From Desulfuromonadaceae bacterium (GTDB lineage: Bacteria; Desulfobacterota; Desulfuromonadia; Desulfuromonadales; JAHYIW01): DNA of 13,943 nucleotides. A model generated the notes under the pieces. It worked only from the letters and a program-made list of their open reading frames with translations, did no database searches and had not been told where the DNA came from. The translations under genes were made by a program, and so were the position numbers. The DNA is taken from contig JAHYIW010000042.1 in the NCBI GenBank assembly GCA_019429445.1, positions 1-13,943 on the forward strand. The letters are read 5' to 3'. The stretch's first letter is position 1; each line of letters begins with the position of its first letter. Positions 1-6,306 of this stretch are shown here, piece after piece.

Positions 1-806
1 CCATGGCGGAAGCTGAGTTCGGTTGCGACCTCTTGATACTCATCGACGGCAAAAACTGAATAGATCGAGGTTGAGCTGAAGACCGGCAGAGAATAGAGGT
101 ATTCGGCGCGCCATGACCAATCGTGGTCGCGGTGATAATCAAAGCCGCCATTGAAATAGGAAATACTGTTCGAGAGGTAATTGAACTGCCCCTCGCCAAA
201 GAGGCTGAGCATCTGACGATACTCGTAATTGGCGTTAGCGCCGATCAGTTCGTTGGCGAGCTCGCTCTCTTCCCAGCGCTGAATGTAGGAGAGGCCAACT
301 TGAAGATCATCGAACTTGCCGGAGAGTTCGACGCCATCAATCAAATCTTTGGCATTGTAGCCGGCATAGTAGGAGACATCGCCGCCGCCAAAGACCGTCA
401 AGCTGAAGGGGCCGAGATCGCGGACTTTCAGATAGAGGCCGTCCATCAGCGAGGCCCCGGCCGTCGTTGAGATAAACTGGCGGCCGAGCTTGACATCGAG
501 GTTAGGCAGTAATGCACGCTTTTCGAGATAAGCGTAGTAGAGCCGACTGTCAACGTCGACCTCGTTGGCCAGGTCATCGGCAATGCGGCCGTAACCGCGG
601 AAATTAAGGCCGCCGCCATCAATATCCTTGACGTTGAGCAACAAATACTCGTAGGCGGGAACGGCCGTGTCTCCGTCGGCACTGTCATACCATTCGACTT
701 CGGTACTTGATCGTCCCGAAATCGAGAACGCCCGAGCGCTCTCGGCTAGACTGATGCCAAACAGGCACACGGCAAAACCCGCCAGCAGGGATTGCCATCT
801 TTTCAT
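1..806 (-). CDS. Secreted, probably outer-membrane beta-barrel-like protein (N-terminal about 268 aa; C-terminus lies beyond the window edge)
   Basis: An open frame on the minus strand runs from ATG at 806-804 to position 1 with no stop (translated by hand: MKRWQSLLAGFAVCLFGISLAESARA/FSISGRSSTEVEWYDSADGDTAVPAYEYLLLNVKDIDGGGLNFRGYGRIADDLANEVDVDSRLYYAYLEKR...GRQFISTTAGASLMDGLYLKVRDLGPFSLTVFGGGDVSYYAG...). Ribosome-binding site AAGGAGG 4-5 nt upstream (revcomp of 811-817). Sec signal peptide with AxA cleavage site. Alternating hydrophobic, Y/G/D-rich strands typical of outer-membrane barrels. It is not in the ORF track because it runs off the window edge. Confidence 0.55.
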   Translation of the reverse strand, partial: MKRWQSLLAGFAVCLFGISLAESARAFSISGRSSTEVEWYDSADGDTAVPAYEYLLLNVKDIDGGGLNFRGYGRIADDLANEVDVDSRLYYAYLEKRALLPNLDVKLGRQFISTTAGASLMDGLYLKVRDLGPFSLTVFGGGDVSYYAGYNAKDLIDGVELSGKFDDLQVGLSYIQRWEESELANELIGANANYEYRQMLSLFGEGQFNYLSNSISYFNGGFDYHRDHDWSWRAEYLYSLPVFSSTSIYSVFAVDEYQEVATELSFRH

Positions 807-838
807 GTTGCCTCCTTTGTCATGTGTGAATCTCCTCG

Positions 839-857
839 GTCACAAAGCGTTTGTAAC
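839..857. promoter_or_regulatory. Imperfect 19-bp palindrome GTCACAAAgcgTTTGTAAC, 33-53 bp upstream of the outer-membrane protein start codon; candidate operator
   Basis: Read directly: arms GTCACAAA and TTTGTAAC (7 of 8 complementary) around a central gcg. Position fits a repressor or activator site overlapping the promoter of the 1..806 gene. Confidence 0.25.
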
Positions 858-1117
858 CCTGACCACCCATTTCACCAAAAACGCCTCCAATACCCACTGC
901 TTTGTCCCGTCCCCAGGCAAAGTTACATGCCTTCAAAAAGAGTAGCATACGCTATTGGAATCTCTAATCCGGCGGCGGGGAAAAACCCTATTCGTCAACA
1001 AAAAAGACAGGTTAAGAACTAAAGTTGGGTACAAAGGCAGATAGCGCACAAACTTCTGCCACTGTTCAGCAGAATATTTATTACCAAAGTTGTAGGGATG
1101 GGTTCCAGATAAGAATC

Positions 1118-1157
1118 CTTCACCATTGTTCACAAGTGGTGAAGAATTCTTCACAGG
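1118..1157. promoter_or_regulatory. Array of four TTCAC/GTGAA pentamers at 10-11 bp spacing, including a perfect 16-bp palindrome GTGAAGAATTCTTCAC (1139-1154) and a nested CTTCACC/GGTGAAG inverted repeat
   Basis: Read directly: cTTCACcattgTTCACaagtgGTGAAgaattcTTCACagg, with pentamers at 1119, 1129, 1139 (inverted) and 1150. Helical-phase periodicity suggests a multimeric DNA-binding protein site. It lies 20-60 bp downstream of the response-regulator stop and about 315-350 bp upstream of the outer-membrane protein start. Confidence 0.3.
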
Positions 1158-1173
1158 CAGGAAGGAAAGGCAG

Positions 1174-1830
1174 TTATTGCGGGGGGGTGTCTTTTGTTAT
1201 CTGACTAAGGCAGGTCAAAATCCGCCCCCCTTGCGGGGTGAGGATATAGTTTTTGTGTTCATCCTGACCGACCAGATCGGCAGTGCGTAACATCTTCAGA
1301 TGAAAATTCATCTTGGTATGGTCTTCGATGCCAAGATGGCGGGTGATATCCATAAAGCGGAGTCGCTGCTTCCGGCCGATCAGCTTGAGAATGTCGCGGC
1401 GAATCGAGTTGGCCAGACAGCTGAAGGTACTGTCCATCTCGATCTGAAAACCGCAATCGAGGAACCGTGCCTCCTCCAGACGGCGACGCACGGCGGTCAG
1501 TAACTCGTCAACCTTAAAGGGCTTGGTCAGATAGTCATCGGCCCCTTTACGCATGGCGGCGACAGCATTTTCTACGGTGGCAAAGGCGGTGATCATGATG
1601 ATCCGGGTGCGGGGCGCCTGGCGCTTGAGTAACGGCAGAATCTCCTGGCCGCCAATTCCCGGCATGATCATATCGAGCAGCACCAGATCGAAAGTTTCGC
1701 CGCTCAGGATCTTGAGGGCTTCTTCACCACTGCTGGCGTTGGCGACAAAAAAACCGGCATCGACCAGTATCTCGCTGATCGTTTCGCGCAGTTCCTGATC
1801 ATCATCGACCACCAGAATTCTATGCGCCAT
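1174..1830 (-). CDS. Two-component response regulator: N-terminal CheY-like receiver domain plus C-terminal ArsR/SmtB-type winged-helix HTH output domain
   Basis: 218 aa. Receiver domain hallmarks are present: DD pair (VVDDDQ), phospho-acceptor Asp in LLDMIMPG, T in IMITAF and K in LTKPF. The C-terminal ANSIRRDILKLI...MDITRHLGI...KMNFHLKMLRTADLV...NYILTPQGGRIL matches the ArsR/SmtB HTH signature (ANPxRLxIL...SxHLKxLxxAGLV). ATG at 1830 with SD AAGGAG 7 nt upstream, and an 11-nt overlap with the upstream kinase gene, indicate translational coupling. Confidence 0.9.
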   Translation of the reverse strand: MAHRILVVDDDQELRETISEILVDAGFFVANASSGEEALKILSGETFDLVLLDMIMPGIGGQEILPLLKRQAPRTRIIMITAFATVENAVAAMRKGADDYLTKPFKVDELLTAVRRRLEEARFLDCGFQIEMDSTFSCLANSIRRDILKLIGRKQRLRFMDITRHLGIEDHTKMNFHLKMLRTADLVGQDEHKNYILTPQGGRILTCLSQITKDTPPQ

Positions 1831-3334
1831 CGTGAACTCCTTGCGGGAAAGTCAGAGTGACAATGCAGCCACCCGGTGCGGCATTGGCCACGGTGATATG
1901 CCCGCCGTGACGCTCCATGATACCAAAGCAGATTGATAGCCCCAACCCAGTCCCAACCCCCACCTCTTTTGTGGTGAAGAAAGGATCAAAGATGGTGCCG
2001 AGATGTTCGAGCGCAATGCCGGGGCCACAATCGGTCACCTCAATCGTCACCCCTTCCGGGGTACTGCGGGATGTGAGCTTAATCGGCGCGCCAACAGGAC
2101 TGGCATCCATGGCATTGATTAAAACATTGAGAAAGACCTCCTCGACCTTCCAGGAAAAACCCCGCACCGGCGGCAGCGGTTGCAGATTCAGGATAAAATT
2201 ATAATCCTGCTGCCGGGGGCCAAGGAGCGTCAAAGTATTGCGCAATACCTCGTTGAGATCAAGAAGTTCGACAGGCGCTCCGAGATCGTCATGGCGGGAA
2301 AAGGTCAAAAGTTCGCGAGCGATCTTCGAGGCGCGATCGAGGTTGCGCTCGATGGCCGCAAAACGTTTAACGTAGGGAGCGCCGGGGTCGGTCGCATTGA
2401 GCGATTTCTTCAACAACTCGACATTAAGGGAGACATTGGCCAGGGGATTGTTGATTTCGTGGGCGATACCAGCCGCGAGTTTCCCCAGGGAGACCATTTT
2501 TTCCGACTGGGCAAAGCGCTGCAGGCGCTCTTCGATCTGGGCTTCCCGCTCAAGGTCGAAGATGTGCAAAGCGTTCATCAGAAAGTGCAGAATAAAGAGT
2601 CCGGCAATACCACGCAAAAGTTCGATGCGTATTCCCGGCAAGAGGATGACACCGGTCGGGACTAATCCGGCAAAGATTCCGTAACCGATCAGGGCAATAC
2701 CGGCGGCGATGAAATTTCGTGCCACCTTGTCGCTGGTGGTGCGGATCGTCCCGGCATAACCGATGAGGCCGAAGCCGGCGAGAAGAGCGGCGGGGAAGGC
2801 GATAAAGTAACGCATGCGTAATGCGATTAGACGGAAGAACTCCGGAGTGAATTCGAACTCTTGCGTCAGAATACTGACGATGAAGAGCGGCAGCAAGGCC
2901 AGGACAAAGAGGTTCAGCTTCATTCGGTGCTGAGGATAAACAGATTTTAGCACGCTGTAGCCAAAGATCAGGAGGAAAACAAAGGAGACAAAGGCCGGCA
3001 AGAGGCGCAGGACGCTGATGATCGGCAGGTGTGGCGACAGGGTCGGCCACTCCAGGTAAAGAAAGAGAATGAGCCATTCGTGACAGGCATGGACAAAGGC
3101 AAAGAGCGCAAAGAGCGGCAGGTAACGGGCGATCGTCAACTGACTGCTGCGGGTGACCTTGGAAATAATCGCCACACCGGCGGTAAAAAAGACCAGTCCG
3201 TAAAAGAGAAACGTCAAAAAGGTGATAAAATTATTATTCGACACAATAACTGTCCTGTCGGCTGTCGGATGCTCTATTGCAAATTTGGACAGAGCAAGCA
3301 ATGTCCCGGCGTTACTGACTCTTTCAAAGGACAA
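1820..3334 (-). CDS. Sensor histidine kinase: large polytopic membrane sensor domain (about 8 predicted TM helices, no obvious periplasmic domain) plus HisKA plus HATPase_c
   Basis: H-box AAGIAHEINNPLANV; N-box VFLNVLINAMDAS; G1 DCGPGI; G2 GTGLGLSICFGIM. The N-terminal about 280 aa is almost entirely hydrophobic helices. The longest ORF starts with TTG at 3334, and no ATG exists before residue about 137. An alternative GTG start at 3243 (VSNNNFITFL...) is preceded by AGGACAG. The true start is uncertain. A weak TTGACG-N17-TAGCTT promoter (revcomp of 3337-3365) would favour the downstream start. Confidence 0.85.
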   Translation of the reverse strand: MSFERVSNAGTLLALSKFAIEHPTADRTVIVSNNNFITFLTFLFYGLVFFTAGVAIISKVTRSSQLTIARYLPLFALFAFVHACHEWLILFLYLEWPTLSPHLPIISVLRLLPAFVSFVFLLIFGYSVLKSVYPQHRMKLNLFVLALLPLFIVSILTQEFEFTPEFFRLIALRMRYFIAFPAALLAGFGLIGYAGTIRTTSDKVARNFIAAGIALIGYGIFAGLVPTGVILLPGIRIELLRGIAGLFILHFLMNALHIFDLEREAQIEERLQRFAQSEKMVSLGKLAAGIAHEINNPLANVSLNVELLKKSLNATDPGAPYVKRFAAIERNLDRASKIARELLTFSRHDDLGAPVELLDLNEVLRNTLTLLGPRQQDYNFILNLQPLPPVRGFSWKVEEVFLNVLINAMDASPVGAPIKLTSRSTPEGVTIEVTDCGPGIALEHLGTIFDPFFTTKEVGVGTGLGLSICFGIMERHGGHITVANAAPGGCIVTLTFPQGVHDGA

Positions 3335-3400
3335 GAAAGCTAATACGATTGTCTTTGCACGTCAATAGCCTGCTAACGGACGCCCCGCCACTTTCAGCTT

Positions 3401-3429
3401 TTGACACGACTGTATCGGGCTGTTATTCT
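3401..3429 (+). promoter_or_regulatory. Near-consensus sigma70-type promoter TTGACA-N17-TATTCT for the RelA/SpoT-domain gene
   Basis: Read directly: TTGACA 3401-3406, a 17-nt spacer, TATTCT 3424-3429. Predicted TSS about 3436. AAGGAA SD at 3463-3468 lies 7 nt before ATG 3476. Confidence 0.5.
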
Positions 3430-3475
3430 CCCGGCACCAGAATCAATCATGCAACCTCAGCCAAGGAACAGACCC

Positions 3476-4551
3476 ATGTCCTCCCTCGATTTTGACCAGG
3501 AAGAACGCGCCTTCCGCAAATACTACGACAGCAACCGGCAACACTTCGAGACGGCCAAGAATGCTTACGTCAGCTTGATCAACGCCTGCCTCAAACAGGG
3601 GAATGGCGATGCTGTCAGCAAAATCGAAGGGCGGGTCAAGAACAAAGAGGAGTGTATCAAGAAGTTTGACCGCAAGTACCGCAGCCAACTGGAAGCAGAC
3701 GAACAACCTTACGAAATCAAAAACTATATCTCTGATCTCATCGGCGTTCGCATCATCTGCCTTTATGAAGACCGCATCGCCAGCGTCGCTCAATTCCTGA
3801 CTCAATCCTTTAAACTCATCGAAGTGACGGACAAGATTACGGCGATCGAAAGTACCGAGGATTCCTTCGGCTACAAAGGGCTGCACATGGATCTCGCCCT
3901 GCCGGACGAACTGACGACGCAGCCGAAATACCTGGCGTTTGCCGACTGCCCCTTTGAGGTGCAGATCCGTTCGCAGATCCAGGATCTGCCTGGAGTGTTT
4001 TGGATCACGAAATCAAATACAAAAAATCGATCCCCATCGAACTCAAGCGCCGTATTAACGTCCTCTCGGCCCTCTTCGAACTCGCCGATCGCGAGTTCAA
4101 GGAGATCCGCAACGCCACTGCCGACCTCATACAGCAGGCGACGGCCGCGCCAGTCAGTGACGCGGTCACCGAACGCGGTGACACTGGGGGAGCAACAATT
4201 CCGCCAGCCAGCGAAAAGATCGTCAACGCCTTTAACTTCTTGCGCATCGCCGGGCATTTCTTCAAGGATTTTGAATTCGAGGATGACAAAGTCGATGACT
4301 TTGTTCAGGATATCCTCCGCCTCGACGCCGACTTCACCCGCGCTGACCTGCATCAGAGCCTGCTTGAAAACCTCAAAGTCATCCGCGATTATCGTGATGA
4401 CTTTATCGCCAACAACCCGGAACGGATCTTTACCCCCTACTCCTCCATCCGCCACTGCCTTTATCTCAACGACCCCGAGATCTTCAACAAAATCCTGTCA
4501 AAAGGAGCGCGCGAACGCTTTGACCTCTGGTGTGCGAACAAACGGCCTTAA
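3476..4551 (+). pseudogene. RelA/SpoT-family small alarmone synthetase (SAS)-like gene with a C-terminal about 175-aa uncharacterised domain, interrupted by a frameshift near 3989-3991 inside the catalytic motif (track ORFs 3401..4612 and 4000..4551 are its two halves)
   Basis: The upstream frame carries the synthetase-domain motifs GRVKNKEECIKKFDRKYR (G[RK]xK...K..RK), DLIGVRIICLY (DxxGxRhh), GYKGLHMDL (GY[KR]SxH) and EVQIRSQIQDL (ExQ[IV]R[TS]). The conserved continuation W(A/S)xL(E/D)HxIxYK appears as WSVLDHEIKYKK in the +1 frame (4000..4551). Frames join if 1 nt is added or 2 nt removed at ctgCCtgg (3986-3993). The start is more likely ATG 3476 with an RBS than the TTG at 3401. Confidence 0.7.
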
Positions 4552-4608
4552 GGATCACCGACAAATTCACGCCAACACTTGGGCAGGAAAAAGACAGAGG
4601 GGGCTTCC

Positions 4609-4637
4609 TTGACTTCAGGATTATTTTTTTATAATCT
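4609..4637 (+). promoter_or_regulatory. Near-consensus sigma70-type promoter TTGACT-N17-TAATCT for the cytochrome gene, with an AT-rich spacer and UP-like tract
   Basis: Read directly: TTGACT 4609-4614, a 17-nt spacer (tcaggattattttttta), TAATCT 4632-4637. RBS AAGGAG at 4661-4666. ATG 4676. Confidence 0.5.
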
Positions 4638-4675
4638 TTATCGGCGGGTCATTCTCAAACAAGGAGAAAAGAACC

Positions 4676-6136
4676 ATGACAAAAAAATCGACTCTTGCTT
4701 CCCTCCTCACGGCAACACTCTTCATTGTCGGCTTCGTTACAATGGCGGCAGCTTCCCCCTTCAAGGTAGACCTCGAACTCTTCAAGTTCAATCCGTCCCT
4801 CATCGTCTACGAAAAATCGTCCGCTGAATTTACCGATCCCCAAACCTGCGGCGAATGCCACGAAGACAAATACCAAGAGTGGAACGGCTCGCTGCACAGC
4901 ATGGCCTTCATCGATCCGGTTTATCAGGGCGAATTAAATAAGGCGACCAAAGCGGTGGGACACAGTATCTCCCGTCAGTGCGAAGGCTGCCACTCACCGG
5001 CCGGGGTTGTCACCGGCGAGATCAAGGGACCGGGGGTGAGTGGTCTCTCGGCCGTGGCCAAGGCCGGCGTCTCCTGCGATATCTGCCATTCGATCAGTGC
5101 GCTTAACCACGACAAGACCCCGACCAAAGAACCGGAAAATGGCTCCTTCGTCATTAAGCCGGGGGAAGATCGCCCGGACGGCCCAGTGCTGATTAAACAT
5201 GGGCCGCGCCCCCTTGAGGAAGGTTGCGGCGACGGTTTTCATGAATGCAAGCAGACCGAGTTCCATACCCAAGCCGATCTCTGCGCCTCTTGTCACCAAG
5301 TCTATCACTACGAAAAACACTTCCCGATCGAAGCGACCTACAATGAGTGGAAGCACAGCCCCTATGCCCAGAAGGACATCCACTGTCAAGATTGTCACAT
5401 GGTCGACACCGCAACTTTTTTAAAGGTGGCGGATACCCTGATCAAACCGGAGCGCAAAGATTATCGGCACTACTTCAACGGCGCCAACTACCTGCTCTAT
5501 TACCTCGGCGCTCAAGCCGCTGAAAAAGCCGGCGATAAAGAACAGGCGGGGCGGCTGATGCATCAGTATGAGATGGCGGTCAAGCGCCTGCAGAACGCGG
5601 CGGAACTGGAGATTGAACCGATTTATCGCCAGGGGGCGCTGGCCGAAGTAAGGGTGCGGGTCAAAAATGTGCGCGCCGGCCACAACCTCCCGACCTCGTT
5701 AACCAATATCCGCCAGATGTGGCTGGAGATCATCGTCAAAGACGAGAAGGGGAAGGTCATCCTTGCCACCGGCGCCGTCGCAGCGGACGGTTCACTCGCC
5801 GAAGATGCCCGGCTCTTTAACTCGGACGGAATGGGACCGGATATGCATTTTGCCGTCGATCCCTGGATCATTACCGCCTTCTCCCGGCACGAAACCATCC
5901 CGCCCAAGGGCTATCGCGACGTTCATTACGGGGTGACGGCGCCAAAAGGGAGCAAGAAACTAACGATCGAAGCAAAACTGCGCTACCGTCAGGCCGATCA
6001 GAAGATTGCCGAAGCGCTGCTCGGTGCGGTGCCGAAGGATATCGATCTCGCCCGGGATTACGGCCTGAGCAAAGTTCCGACTTTGCCGGTCGTCGACATG
6101 GTTGCGCTGCAACGCGAGGTGGCGGCGGCGCAATAA
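4676..6136 (+). CDS. Secreted pentahaem c-type cytochrome (five CXXCH motifs) with a C-terminal non-haem domain of about 200 aa
   Basis: 486 aa. N-terminal signal peptide MTKKSTLASLLTATLFIVGFVTMAAASP. CXXCH motifs CGECH, CEGCH, CDICH, CASCH and CQDCH. An extra Cys pair sits in CGDGFHEC. Good RBS. Intrinsic terminator immediately downstream. Confidence 0.9.
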   Translation: MTKKSTLASLLTATLFIVGFVTMAAASPFKVDLELFKFNPSLIVYEKSSAEFTDPQTCGECHEDKYQEWNGSLHSMAFIDPVYQGELNKATKAVGHSISRQCEGCHSPAGVVTGEIKGPGVSGLSAVAKAGVSCDICHSISALNHDKTPTKEPENGSFVIKPGEDRPDGPVLIKHGPRPLEEGCGDGFHECKQTEFHTQADLCASCHQVYHYEKHFPIEATYNEWKHSPYAQKDIHCQDCHMVDTATFLKVADTLIKPERKDYRHYFNGANYLLYYLGAQAAEKAGDKEQAGRLMHQYEMAVKRLQNAAELEIEPIYRQGALAEVRVRVKNVRAGHNLPTSLTNIRQMWLEIIVKDEKGKVILATGAVAADGSLAEDARLFNSDGMGPDMHFAVDPWIITAFSRHETIPPKGYRDVHYGVTAPKGSKKLTIEAKLRYRQADQKIAEALLGAVPKDIDLARDYGLSKVPTLPVVDMVALQREVAAAQ

Positions 6137-6157
6137 TATTTTTTGCAACGAAAGAAG

Positions 6158-6196
6158 AAAGGGCGGCCCACAGCAGGGGTCGCCCTTTTTTGTTTT
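6158..6196 (+). terminator. Rho-independent terminator of the cytochrome gene
   Basis: Stem AAAGGGCG (6158-6165) pairs with CGCCCTTT (6181-6188) around a 15-nt loop. It is followed by TTTTTTGTTTT, 22 nt after the TAA stop. Confidence 0.7.
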
Positions 6197-6306
6197 CAGA
6201 TGTTGACGGAGCTCAGCCGAGCAGCTCGAACTCCTGTGTCGAGCAGACAGAGAGGTCAAAACTGCTGACTGAGTCTTCATGCTTCTGTCAAGAGTTGAGA
6301 CCCCTT

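Noticed and set aside
123-688. Track ORFs 123..470 (+) and 446..688 (-)
   Set aside because: They lie antisense or out of frame within the continuous minus-strand open frame (start 806, running to the window edge), which has a signal peptide and an RBS. They show no RBS or domain features and have Ala/Gly/Arg-rich compositions typical of wrong-frame translation of GC-rich coding DNA.
667-1154. Small ORFs 667..945 (+), 792..1022 (+) and 933..1154 (-) in the region between the regulator and the outer-membrane protein gene
   Set aside because: No RBS, low-complexity products. The 933..1154 ORF simply starts with a GTG inside the GTGAAGAATTCTTCAC palindrome. The region is better explained as regulatory or intergenic.
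1139-1154. Perfect 16-bp palindrome as an intrinsic terminator of the kinase-regulator operon
   Set aside because: No U-tract follows it on the minus-strand transcript. The pentamer periodicity suggests a protein-binding array instead. It is kept as a regulatory-site finding.
3986-3993. Programmed ribosomal frameshifting in the RelA/SpoT-domain gene
   Set aside because: There is no slippery X-XXY-YYZ heptamer, no stimulatory stop codon and no obvious downstream pseudoknot at the junction. A mutation or sequencing indel is more parsimonious.
2180-4455. Long antisense or alternate-frame ORFs inside the kinase and SAS genes (2180..2665+, 2397..2684+, 2550..3077-, 3443..3886-, 3871..4455-, 4005..4289-)
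   Set aside because: They overlap genes with strong domain evidence on the other strand or frame, and have no start-site signals. They are typical shadow ORFs.
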